A model generated the notes under the pieces. It was not told where the DNA came from. It worked only from the letters and a program-made list of their open reading frames with translations, and searched no databases. A program made the position numbers and the translations under genes. Shown here in pieces: positions 27,795-37,467 of a stretch of 55,263 nt of DNA. Each line of letters begins with the position of its first letter. Within the stretch, counting starts at the first letter, position 1. Source of the stretch: Candidatus Falkowbacteria bacterium (GTDB lineage: Bacteria; Patescibacteriota; Patescibacteriia; Patescibacteriales; UBA12075). The stretch spans positions 1 through 55,263 of the forward strand of contig DOSJ01000017.1 of NCBI GenBank assembly GCA_003514005.1, written 5' to 3'.

Positions 27795-29123
27795 TTAAAA
27801 ATCAAACTTCCGGGCGATGACGACACGGAGGATATCATAAGAGCGCGCGCAAAACTCGCCGCCGACACGTAATCCGTCCGAGTCGAAGCCGCCGACCGTC
27901 ACACGGCGACGGTCCGAATCAATTTCCTCTCCCCAGTGACACCATCTCTCAAGCAGTCTTTCCTTATTGCAAACACGGTAGTTCGATAATACCGTCTCAC
28001 TTACTACGAATTCATGGCACCTCTTGTAGACAGGACCGAGTTCTCTGATAAAACGCTCCTGGGTATAATAGTTCTTATCCGCAAATTTTCCGTTGAAGTT
28101 CAAGAGATAGTAGCCGGGTTCGATGTTGGTCTTGGTTGCCCAAAAATCCTCCTTGTTGGCGAGCCACCAGTCATTGTTGTAGAAATCCCGTGATCCGGTG
28201 CCAATCTCCTGCCTCATCTGCCTCGGATTCTGGCCGGAGTAATACCCCAATGCCCATTGTTCACCATTAGCGTTGGCTTCAATCGATTCATGTAAACTTG
28301 CTTCGGAATATCGTATTTGAACATTTTCCGGAAAAACTAATCCCCATATATCAGCAACTTGTTTATGGCTGATAATTTTGATGTTTTCGCTTGCTAATTC
28401 GCGAATAATATCATCCGCGTTTCTATTCTTTATGGTAACAACGTTGACTGTGGGAACCGAAGGGACATTGACTTTGATGTCGTCTGGATTAATCGCTTCA
28501 ATCATCTTTTCAATTTCATCCAGATCTTTTGCTTCCCCCTTGAGAAGTAGTGATATTGTCGGCCAAAGATCAGAATCAAGCGGATAGCGGTAACCATCAA
28601 ACAAAAAACATTCATGCGTATATTCGGATTTGCCGGATATCAGATGATAAAGCGCGACGCCGAATAAACGCAAACATTCTTCCGCTCCGATATCATTTCG
28701 ATATTCAACATAAAAACTGAATTCTTTTTCATCCGCAACACTAAAAAAGTCTTTACCGCGATTAAATCTAAATTTATGCGGTAAAAAAACCGCATATAAA
28801 CCCAGTGCCCATTTTGTTTTTAATTCTGTTATAAGAATTTTTAAAACAAGCGGTATTTCTTTTTTTTCAACCTTTGCGATCCTTTTTTCTGGTTCAGGCT
28901 GAACGGTTTCAACCGTTATGTTTTCTGAAACAATTTCTTCGAACCACTGATCAGCCCAAATAAACGTATTTCCGTTTACTCTATAATTTATTCCAGCGAA
29001 TTCAGTGATTTCAACCTCCATACCTATGAACTTAATCATATCTTCAACAAAACATACGTCAGATACTATTTCATCCCTTTTATCAATAATTCTGACTTTA
29101 TCACCTTTCTTATATTTTCTCAC
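27795..29123 (-). CDS. multidomain protein with DGR-target-like C-terminal variable region
   Basis: GGAGG RBS with GTG start. SH3-like N-terminus, kinase C-lobe-like FGVALYHLISG, and C-terminus VTVGGFDSDGLRV...LRVVIARKF rich in NNC codons. Confidence 0.65.
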   Translation of the reverse strand: MRKYKKGDKVRIIDKRDEIVSDVCFVEDMIKFIGMEVEITEFAGINYRVNGNTFIWADQWFEEIVSENITVETVQPEPEKRIAKVEKKEIPLVLKILITELKTKWALGLYAVFLPHKFRFNRGKDFFSVADEKEFSFYVEYRNDIGAEECLRLFGVALYHLISGKSEYTHECFLFDGYRYPLDSDLWPTISLLLKGEAKDLDEIEKMIEAINPDDIKVNVPSVPTVNVVTIKNRNADDIIRELASENIKIISHKQVADIWGLVFPENVQIRYSEASLHESIEANANGEQWALGYYSGQNPRQMRQEIGTGSRDFYNNDWWLANKEDFWATKTNIEPGYYLLNFNGKFADKNYYTQERFIRELGPVYKRCHEFVVSETVLSNYRVCNKERLLERWCHWGEEIDSDRRRVTVGGFDSDGLRVGGEFCARSYDILRVVIARKFDF

Positions 29124-29215
29124 ATTCCCTCCTTCTTATAATTTTTTAATATTTAATTATAATGTACAGCTCTTGCTTGAATACCGGTTATCTATAACAG
29201 ATACTCAAGAAAGAG

Positions 29216-29249
29216 CCCTGCCAAAATTGTTTTTGCAATTTTGGCAGGG
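29216..29249 (-). terminator. hairpin after the AAA ATPase gene
   Basis: CCCTGCCAAAATTG/CAATTTTGGCAGGG stem. Confidence 0.6.
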
Positions 29250-29258
29250 ATTAAAATT

Positions 29259-31613
29259 TTAAACTGATACTTTGCGTTTTTCAAGACCAGGAAATATAGC
29301 GAGGCTTTGTTCAGAAACTTGCTCTCCATAGAGCCTGGATTTTACATCTCTGAGTACCTCCTCCCAATTGTCCGGGCGAAGTCTTTTTGACGAACCCTCT
29401 ATCGCAAGCATAATCTGACGATCAACTTCCTGTGGATTGTTTTTCATTTCCCAGTCAGAAAGCGCCATTTCAAGATGTTTATCTTTCACCTTGTCAGCGC
29501 CGTCTCTGCCGGCATATTTGTCAGCCTCCAATACCATCCACTCAACGCTCGCTCCGGTGCAATAGTATTTTGCGGCCACTGTCTTGGCGAAAAGCGCGAA
29601 ATCTTTGATATCGGTCTGAATCTCGTAGCGGGCAAACATGACTTTGAAAATATCTGCATATTCATCCGCATTCGGCATAAGAAAAGGAATCGTATCATCA
29701 CTTCTGCCTTCACGTTTATAGGCGCTATCAATCAAATCGGGACGATTTGAAATTCGCACCCAGACTACTTTCCCTCTTCTTGCCGGGTCAGAAGTAAACT
29801 TGAACTTCATCTGTCTAAGCCGATTTGATACGCCTGAGTCGCCGCTTGGGGCGTCGCGCGAAGTTTCGCTCTGGTCCGCTTCGTCCTCGACAACGATAAC
29901 CGGTGAAAGGTCGTCCAGCGCCGCAAAAATCTTTTCTTGAATTTCTTCGGACTGTCCAACCCACATACTGCGCGGATTGGTGATTTCAACAAAATTGAAA
30001 CCGCACTCAAAAGCCAAGCACTCAAAAAAGAATGTCTTGCCGGTGCCGGGCGGTCCGGACGCAATCACCCCCATGGGAACTCGCCGCCACGTGCCTCTGA
30101 CAATATTATCATTAATTTCTTTTCCCCAGCGCTTCAGGTATTCTTTGCCGCCGAAATAATCAAGTCCCCACTTCGGGCATTTAACTTTAAGCCGATCGCC
30201 GAATTCTGTTTCCAATATCTCTTGTTTTTTTTCTTTGATCAAACCAAGGGTAATTGCAACTCTCTGCTCCTTGGCCAAAAGATATATGCCATCAATCTGC
30301 TTTAACGACAGCCCATTCGTAATGCGCCCCAAAAGTTCAGAGCCAAGGTCTTTGTCAAATTGGACGCCGTTCAAACTTCTATTGTACTCCCAACGTTCTA
30401 TTCTTTCTTCTTCGTTTGGTCTTGGAATACGGATGGCGCAAGCCTCACCGTTTTGCGATTTTACTCCTTCTGCCAAACTCGCAAGCAATGGTGTGACTAG
30501 AACGACAACATTTCCCGCTTTCCTAATTCTCTCATCTTTTGCCCAACGCTCCAAAATCTCAACTGAGATTCGATCTCCGACATTATGTGCCGTAATATTA
30601 TTCGGGGCGACATTCTGGGCAAAATTCACTATCAAGGCTACACGCAAATGATTGTCTTTTGTATCTATTAAAATCTTTTCCAAAAACCGAAATACTTTTT
30701 CCGGCGTTTCCCCGACAATCTGCGATAAAGGCGCCCGTAAAGCCTAAACCTGTTTAAGCTCTATTGCTTTTTTCTCCGCCTCAGACATTCCAGTTGTATT
30801 ACCCGTCGACACGGCGCCTGTTCCCAAAAAACGAGAACGAAACAGCTTCTCCATTTCTTCGCTCGCAAACTGCAATCCGGACGACAAAGAATAAAACATA
30901 ACCATATCCCTTTGCGCAAATACATCTTCCAAATACCGGCGGAAAGACACATATTCACCTCTTATATTCCTTTGAAAATCATAAACATTTCCCCAAAGGA
31001 TAAAAAGATGAGCAATGCCGGCCTTAAAGCAAAGTGAAAACTGCTTAAACCATTCGCTTGCACCGCATTTCGATTCGCAATATTTGATTAATGTTTTTTT
31101 CTCCGTCATTTCAATATTTTCCTCTTTATCCGGCAACTGCTTTTTCTGTTCAACCAATTCCAATAGTTCAGTTTCAGAATACCATTTTCCGCAAGGTTGG
31201 TCTGTTTTATAGTCAGGTGGACACCATTCTGCTTTAGTAAAATCAATACTTTTGTCAACCACTACCATTTTCGGATTTGAAACATAATACTTTTCGGTAT
31301 TCGGATCAATCATTAAAATTTTTACTTCTCCAAATCCCAGCAAAAATAAACATTCATTTACTTTAAAACGCATTCCAGGACGCTCCAATAAAGCACAATA
31401 AAATTTAGCATAAAACCTATAGTCATAATCTGTATTGAGTGGTTTACTCCAGTAATTATCATCACCATCAAAACCAGCCATATAACAAATCAAATCAAAC
31501 CAACTACTGTTTTCATTAATATTCAAATAAATGTCACCGCCTTTAAATCCGTGAAATTGTCTTTTTTCATCAACTTTAATTATGTCTTTACTTGCACAAG
31601 TTATTTCAATCAT
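29259..31613 (-). CDS. Ycf46-like AAA+ ATPase interrupted by one in-frame TAG (30744-30746)
   Basis: ORFs 30744..31613 and 29259..30683 share a frame, joined by *ALRAPLSQIVGETPEKVFRF. Motifs GPPGTGKT, EDEAD, SNRPDLID..YKREGR and N-terminal HLFILWGNVYD. Confidence 0.75.
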
Positions 31614-31628
31614 ATACCCCCCCCTTTT

Positions 31629-31784
31629 TTATCCGCACCAACTTTCCGTCCGAACATCCGGTTTTATACCGATTGCGGAGAGAAATGCCAGCATAGGCTT
31701 ATAATCATCGTTATGCGAATAGTCGGATATGACGTCGCCTTTACCGATTTGAATACTGATAAATTGCGGCTTTTTTTCTGCCAT
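31629..31784 (-). CDS. small protein, paralog of the adjacent DUF2997-like ORF
   Basis: Start MAEKK lies 1 nt after the upstream stop; IQIGKGDV...FLSAIGI resembles ITIGKGEDV...FLGRMGV. Confidence 0.6.
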   Translation of the reverse strand: MAEKKPQFISIQIGKGDVISDYSHNDDYKPMLAFLSAIGIKPDVRTESWCG

Positions 31785-31785
31785 A

Positions 31786-31983
31786 TTATTGGATGATTCT
31801 TTCAAAGCCTCCATCAGTCTCTGCTTCTCTTTTGTTGTCGCTGTATTTGACATGATTTTGCACCCCCATTCTTCCCAAAAATTGTCTAATCTTATTTTCT
31901 TCATCCGAGCATTCTTGCCCGACAAAGCCTTCAAAATCCAAAACATCCTCGCCCTTTCCAATTGTTATTTTAATTTTCTTCAT
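31786..31983 (-). CDS. DUF2997-like small protein
   Basis: IKITI...V..EGFVGQEC pattern; 4-nt overlap with the upstream gene. Confidence 0.7.
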   Translation of the reverse strand: MKKIKITIGKGEDVLDFEGFVGQECSDEENKIRQFLGRMGVQNHVKYSDNKREAETDGGFERIIQ

Positions 31984-32468
31984 AATTGAACTCCTTCAAC
32001 ATCAAAAAACAATTCTCCATCATCGGCAACCGTGGCTAATATTTCGACATTGTATTCATAGATTGTTAGGATGGATTTATATGCTTCTGCCCGAAATGCG
32101 CGAACAAAAAATTCTCGCAAACGGCCAATTTCTTTTTTCCATTCTACCCGGTATTCATCGGCAACAAATTCTATTGCACCCTCTCTGTTTATTTTCACTC
32201 CGAGTCCATTTGGCAACTCATTTGTCTTTAAGGAACCGATAAGCTCACCATTATAAGAATTACCATTGTAATCACTAATAGTGGTGTCTTTTCTAATCCC
32301 TTTTATTTTGCCAAGCCGGCTTAAGGCATTTTGGGCGCATTCTTTGATTAAAGAGGTTGTATCGATTTGACTTATCCATTCTGCTAAGTTTGAATTTATC
32401 TGCGAATAAAGTTCATTCATAATTTGCGGTGCGCCTAACTGGGTTCCAAGAATTACGATTTTACTCAT
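31980..32468 (-). CDS. DUF1257/Ycf35-like protein
   Basis: LGV....G.IEFVADEY...AF...Y.V....DDGEL pattern; AAGGAGG RBS; next to DUF2997-like and AAA genes. Confidence 0.6.
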   Translation of the reverse strand: MSKIVILGTQLGAPQIMNELYSQINSNLAEWISQIDTTSLIKECAQNALSRLGKIKGIRKDTTISDYNGNSYNGELIGSLKTNELPNGLGVKINREGAIEFVADEYRVEWKKEIGRLREFFVRAFRAEAYKSILTIYEYNVEILATVADDGELFFDVEGVQL

Positions 32469-32638
32469 GTTTGCCTCCTTATTTCGTCTTATTTTACATT
32501 AATCTTTATATATAAAACATCAGTTTATTTGTAATGAACATCGTTTCTTAAACGATTTTTTATACTACTATAATCCACACAAAAAGTCAATTGCAAGCTC
32601 ACAGCATTTCATGTTATAATAAACCCATAGAAAAACCC

Positions 32639-33895
32639 ATGCAAAATAATTATCAAATTGAAAAAATCAGCCATCAGATTTCCTATTATCCTAAAAAGAG
32701 AATGGGAATTTTTAATAGCCTGAATCTACAGCAAAAAAGCGAGACGATTAAACATCTTAGCAAGTATGTGCAAAAAGAGTTGGCAACCAAACTAAGCGAC
32801 GCGGAACTGGTGGAAATTGTCGAACGCCTTGATCCGGATGAAGCGACTGATATTCTCCAACTTTTGCCGGAGCACAGGAGCAAATTAATTATTGCCAAAT
32901 TAAACGAGCAATTGCGAAATGGCATATCCCTGTTGCTTAAATTTGATCCGGACACAGCGGCCGGATTAATGGATATCAATTACATCCATATAAATCAAAA
33001 CGACAGTATCGCCTCTGTTGCTAAACAAGTAAAAATCCATGAAAAAAGAACCGGAAAAACTCCGCTGATTTTGGCAATGGATAACGGTGTTTTAGCAGGC
33101 TATCTGCCGGTACATGAGCTTGGATTTAGCGGCGCCCGGGAAAAGGCGGCAAAATATGTCAAAAAAATAAAAACCATAAAATACACAGCTGACACCGAAG
33201 AGATTATTGATATTTTCCGCAAATATCCGCACAACAAAATAGTCGTTCTCGGAGACAGAGACAATGTTCTCGGCGCGATCTACTCAGACGATGTCTTGAA
33301 AATTCTCCACGAAAAAGAAGCTTCGTCTCTTTACGACTTCGCCGGTGTCCATGACGAAGAATCAGTCTATGATTCTATCAAAAATAAAGTTCGCTATCGC
33401 TACAAATGGCTGATAATAAACCTAGGCACAGCCTTTCTGGCCGCTTTTACTGTCGGCCTATTTGATGAAACCATTTCAAAATTTGTTCTCTTGGCCGTAT
33501 ATATGCCGATTGTTGCCGGCATGGGCGGTAATGCCGGCACACAGACAATGGCGATCATGGTACGTGGCATAACCCTGAAACAGATTGACCTAAAAACAAT
33601 GTGGCGCACTTTGCGGAGCGAACTTGGCTCCGGTTTTATCAATGGATTAATCAATGGCGTAATCATTATTAGTATCGTATATATAAAAGACAATGATTGG
33701 AAGATCGGCCTGATTTTGGCGCTTGCAATGATAAACAATCTGGTCGTTGCCGCTCTCTTCGGCACTATCGTCCCCCTGATAATGAAAAAACTCGGCAAAG
33801 ACCCGGCCTCTTCCGCTACCATATTCATAACAACCGCCACCGACGTCTTGGGATTCTTGGTATTTTTGGGACTTGCAACAGTCCTGCTTGGGTAG
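32639..33895 (+). CDS. mgtE: magnesium transporter MgtE
   Basis: MgtE N-domain, CBS pair, GMGGNAGTQ and DPA..ATIFITTATDV motifs. Confidence 0.93.
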   Translation: MQNNYQIEKISHQISYYPKKRMGIFNSLNLQQKSETIKHLSKYVQKELATKLSDAELVEIVERLDPDEATDILQLLPEHRSKLIIAKLNEQLRNGISLLLKFDPDTAAGLMDINYIHINQNDSIASVAKQVKIHEKRTGKTPLILAMDNGVLAGYLPVHELGFSGAREKAAKYVKKIKTIKYTADTEEIIDIFRKYPHNKIVVLGDRDNVLGAIYSDDVLKILHEKEASSLYDFAGVHDEESVYDSIKNKVRYRYKWLIINLGTAFLAAFTVGLFDETISKFVLLAVYMPIVAGMGGNAGTQTMAIMVRGITLKQIDLKTMWRTLRSELGSGFINGLINGVIIISIVYIKDNDWKIGLILALAMINNLVVAALFGTIVPLIMKKLGKDPASSATIFITTATDVLGFLVFLGLATVLLG

Positions 33896-33940
33896 ATTGT
33901 TGATATTTAAAATAAATATCAAGTTTAAAAAAACAATTTT

Positions 33941-34034
33941 TGTCATTTCGCAATGAGCGATAGCGAATGGAGAAATCCCTTATCTTTGTCATTTTCACAG
34001 TTAAGGGATTTCTCCGCTTCGCTACGAAATGACA
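33941..34034. repeat. GTCATTTCG-type palindromic doublet
   Basis: TGTCATTTCG...GGAGAAATCCCTTA / TAAGGGATTTCTCC...CGAAATGACA. Confidence 0.8.
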
Positions 34035-34065
34035 AAAACTAATTATTATCTAACTTTAAGTCAAA

Positions 34066-35736
34066 ATGGACAACATTTTTTTTCAAATCAGCATTTTAAT
34101 GGCAATGACGGTTACTATCGCATTTTTCATCCGTCTCTTGCGCCAACCGCTTATTATTGCCTATATCACGGCTGGCATTATTGCCGGACCGATGTTTTTT
34201 AATTTTTTGCATGGCGACAAACATACCTACGAAGTATTCGCGCAATTTGGAGTGGTTCTACTTTTGTTTATTATCGGCCTGAACTTGAATTTTAAACACT
34301 TGAAAAGCATCGGGCGTGCTTCTTTTGTCAGCGGCATCGGGCAAGTGTTGTTTACTTCGCTCATCGGCGTCTTGGTGCTTTTGCTCATGGATTTTTCTTT
34401 TAGTTCGGCGGTCTATCTGGCAATATCTATCACCTTTTCCAGTACGATCATTATCATGAAACTTTTGTCAGACAAGAAAGAAACGGAAACCGTTTACGGA
34501 CGACATACGATCGGGCTGATGCTGGTCCAGGATATAATCGCTGTTATCATCATGATTGCAATCGGCATTATGAAAGACGGCAACGGCTTTGCCGATTCTT
34601 TTTTAACGCTTGTTTTCCGGGGACTACTGGCCCTTGTCGTAATTATTTTAATTTCAAAATATCTTTTACCGAAATTTTTAAATAAAATATCCAATTCAAG
34701 CGAACTACTTTTTATTTTTACGATCAGCTGGTGTTTCAGCTTAGCCAGCTTTTTATACTACCTCGGATTTTCCATCGAAATCGGCGCTATCATCGCCGGC
34801 ATATCCCTTAGCTCCTCGCCCTATCAGCTGGAGATCGCGAGCCGCATCAAGCCCTTGCGTGATTTTTTCCTGGTTCTTTTCTTTATCGTTTTGGGCAGTG
34901 AAATGGCAATGGGCAATCTCTCCGCCATCTGGATTCCCGGCCTGGTTCTTTCACTTTTTATCTTAATCGGCAATCCACTAATCCTATATCTTCTATTCCG
35001 TTTCCTAAAGTTCACCCGGCGCAACAGCTTTATGGCCGGCTTGACCGCCGCCCAGGTCAGCGAATTCGGTTTTGTTGTTCTTTTTACCGGCAGCCAAGTA
35101 ACCAAGCTGGATGAAAACATCGTACCGATCTTTACGATTGTGGCAATAACGACTATTTTCTGCTCCTCTTACCTAATTATTTACAGTGAAAAAATCTACA
35201 AATTCCTTTTACCCTTTTTCAATCTTTTCGGTCCGGACAAATACCGCCAAAAAGAGCTTATGCCCTCCGTACATGATGTTTGGGTGGTTGGACATCATCG
35301 CATCGGCGTAAAAGTCTGCCACGCCCTTGCCAAAAATAAAGCCAATTTTTGCGTGATCGATTATGATTCCAGCGTTATCCGCGACTTGAAACAAAAAAAG
35401 ATAAGCTCGGTTTTCGGCGATATTTCCGATGTCGAGTTTTTGGAAAGCCTGCCGATTGCCGGCGCAAAAATGATTATCATGACCATACCGTCCCTCGAAG
35501 ACCAAATCAGCCTAATCAACCATGTCCGTAAAATCAATTCCAAAATAATCATCCTAGCCAATGCCTACCACTACGACAATTCCCGCGCCCTCTACGCCGT
35601 CGGCGCCGACTATGTCATGATGCCTCATCTCTTGGGCGCCGATTGGATATCCGGCATGCTAAACAAAAAACGCCTGACGCGAAAATACTTTAGCGAATTA
35701 AAAACCGAACAGATTGAAAATATTGAGGATGTTTGA
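34066..35736 (+). CDS. CPA2 cation:proton antiporter with C-terminal TrkA-N domain (Kef-like)
   Basis: About 12-13 TM helices, FSST, VQD, LRDFF and QVSEF motifs, then a Rossmann-like VGHHRIG domain. Confidence 0.9.
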   Translation: MDNIFFQISILMAMTVTIAFFIRLLRQPLIIAYITAGIIAGPMFFNFLHGDKHTYEVFAQFGVVLLLFIIGLNLNFKHLKSIGRASFVSGIGQVLFTSLIGVLVLLLMDFSFSSAVYLAISITFSSTIIIMKLLSDKKETETVYGRHTIGLMLVQDIIAVIIMIAIGIMKDGNGFADSFLTLVFRGLLALVVIILISKYLLPKFLNKISNSSELLFIFTISWCFSLASFLYYLGFSIEIGAIIAGISLSSSPYQLEIASRIKPLRDFFLVLFFIVLGSEMAMGNLSAIWIPGLVLSLFILIGNPLILYLLFRFLKFTRRNSFMAGLTAAQVSEFGFVVLFTGSQVTKLDENIVPIFTIVAITTIFCSSYLIIYSEKIYKFLLPFFNLFGPDKYRQKELMPSVHDVWVVGHHRIGVKVCHALAKNKANFCVIDYDSSVIRDLKQKKISSVFGDISDVEFLESLPIAGAKMIIMTIPSLEDQISLINHVRKINSKIIILANAYHYDNSRALYAVGADYVMMPHLLGADWISGMLNKKRLTRKYFSELKTEQIENIEDV

Positions 35737-35813
35737 TACACATATCATATTTAAAATAATAAAACGAGGTTTATAAAACCTCGTTTATTTTTTATACAAA
35801 TTTCCTTTTACTA

Positions 35814-36032
35814 TTATTTAAAAATAAACAACCAAACAACTATTATAAAGAGCAAAACAAAAAGATAGGCTACAAATTTATTTGTTACGCTGACAAAAAG
35901 TTCAAAACCATCACGAATAAAAACCGAAACCAAAAAATACATCAACAAAAACGGCAACAAGCAAAAAAGACAAAAATCCTTAAAACTTTTTATCCTTTTT
36001 ACATTATCATATTTTTCTTCTTTTCGAGTCAC
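35814..36032 (-). CDS. small hypothetical membrane protein
   Basis: GGAGG RBS with GTG start; two TM segments. Confidence 0.5.
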   Translation of the reverse strand: MTRKEEKYDNVKRIKSFKDFCLFCLLPFLLMYFLVSVFIRDGFELFVSVTNKFVAYLFVLLFIIVVWLFIFK

Positions 36033-36105
36033 CTTGACCTCCTTTGATTATAAAAATTTTTTATTTTGTAATAATTTCTGAATCATCTTTTTCATATCAA
36101 AAAAC

Positions 36106-36279
36106 TTATTCTTCCATCTTCTTCAAAATCTCCTCTACCTGTTCATTAGTGATATTTCTACCAGAAAGCCTAAGCGAAGCGCCCGTACTTTCGATTAAAA
36201 CCTTTTTTCGGAGCATTTCTAAATAAGCGGGGGTTAATCCGTTGTTGGTGCTTTTATTTTTTGCGATCTTTTGCTTCAT
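36106..36279 (-). CDS. small ORF resembling a Fic inhibitory helix/antitoxin (57 aa, not in the ORF track)
   Basis: ...LIESTGASLRLSGRNITNEQVEEIL aligns with QSSTAIEGNILNIAQVEAL of the upstream Fic; starts 4 nt after the Fic stop. Confidence 0.6.
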   Translation of the reverse strand: MKQKIAKNKSTNNGLTPAYLEMLRKKVLIESTGASLRLSGRNITNEQVEEILKKMEE

Positions 36280-36283
36280 ATTA

Positions 36284-37345
36284 TTATTTAGCTTCTAAAA
36301 CATAAGCACTAGCTGGACCTTTGCCGACCTGCTTGATCATTTTCATCTTTTTTAATTTTTGGAGATGAAACTGGGCTGTTCTTTTGGGGCATTTCAGGAT
36401 ATCCTCCACATCCTTAGTCGTAATCCGTCCCATTTGGTCTAAAAAATCCAAAATCTTCAATTGATCCGAATCCAGAAAAACTTGCTCATTGATATGGTCG
36501 CCTACAGTTTTACGCGATAACGATTTAATTTTAGCTTTGACACTTTCAATCTCCTCTCTAAAACCTAAAACAAAATATTCCAGCCAGGGGGTAAAGTCAA
36601 CCTTTCTATCTTCATAATTCTTGCCAATATTGATAGCCGCATAATAATCCTGCCGTTCGCGATTGTAATAATCCTCAAGAGCGAACAACCGTCTAAAGTC
36701 ATAACCTCGCTGATAGAGAATCAAGGTCGCCAAGGCGCGAGCGGTTCGCCCGTTGCCATCAGAAAAAGGATGAATAGCTGCCAGCTCCTGATGGACGATA
36801 CCGGCCACGATTACTGGATTTATTTCTTCTTGCTCACTTTTTAGAGTCCATTCGACCAAATCAGCACAAAGAGGCTGAACCTTTTTTACGTCTGGCCCCG
36901 TATAGATTATTTCCTCAACTCGACCGAACACTGATTTTACCACATACACCAACCCCTTACGATAAAAACCACTTTTTTCTTTGGCTAATGTTTTATCAGT
37001 AACTAATTTATGAATATGCAAAATCACTTTTTCAGAAATCGCTTGCTTTTTCTTTACAACCTCGTCAATATATTTCAAGGCTTTCAAATAATTTTCAACT
37101 TCATAAACATCTCTCTTCGGAGCGTCAATCTTCTGATTCGCATACAAGGCCTCAACTTGGGCAATATTCAAAATATTACCTTCAATGGCGGTCGAACTCT
37201 GGGTCATCCTGATTATAGCTTGTCGACGCAATTTCAACTCTTGTTGCGGTAAAATCTTAGCGTTTTCAATCACCGCTTTAGCTTCGGCAATTTCCGTAAG
37301 CCTTCTGACTACTCCATCCGTTAAATTGTATTTAGGTTTAAACAT
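36284..37345 (-). CDS. Fic family protein with C-terminal wHTH
   Basis: HPFSDGNGRTAR, SSTAIEGN and a C-terminal HTH. Confidence 0.92.
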   Translation of the reverse strand: MFKPKYNLTDGVVRRLTEIAEAKAVIENAKILPQQELKLRRQAIIRMTQSSTAIEGNILNIAQVEALYANQKIDAPKRDVYEVENYLKALKYIDEVVKKKQAISEKVILHIHKLVTDKTLAKEKSGFYRKGLVYVVKSVFGRVEEIIYTGPDVKKVQPLCADLVEWTLKSEQEEINPVIVAGIVHQELAAIHPFSDGNGRTARALATLILYQRGYDFRRLFALEDYYNRERQDYYAAINIGKNYEDRKVDFTPWLEYFVLGFREEIESVKAKIKSLSRKTVGDHINEQVFLDSDQLKILDFLDQMGRITTKDVEDILKCPKRTAQFHLQKLKKMKMIKQVGKGPASAYVLEAK

Positions 37346-37367
37346 ATTAATATCTTAACATATTTTA

Positions 37368-37400
37368 AAGAATCGCGCAAGAATCGCGCAAGAATCGCGC
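37368..37400. repeat. 3x 11-bp tandem repeat AAGAATCGCGC
   Basis: Directly visible upstream of the Fic start. Confidence 0.9.
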
Positions 37401-37467
37401 ACAATATACACAAAACGAGGCATTTCAGCCTCGTTTTTGCTATAAAAATGCTATTTTTTAGCTAATA

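Noticed and set aside
27692-27868. N-terminal extension of the CapA ORF
   Set aside because: It overlaps the neighbouring gene's end and terminator; the TM anchor begins after MIKLNQ.
31785-31961. Long 110-aa version of ORF 31629..31961
   Set aside because: It overlaps the DUF2997-like gene in another frame; the coupled start at 31784 is more plausible.
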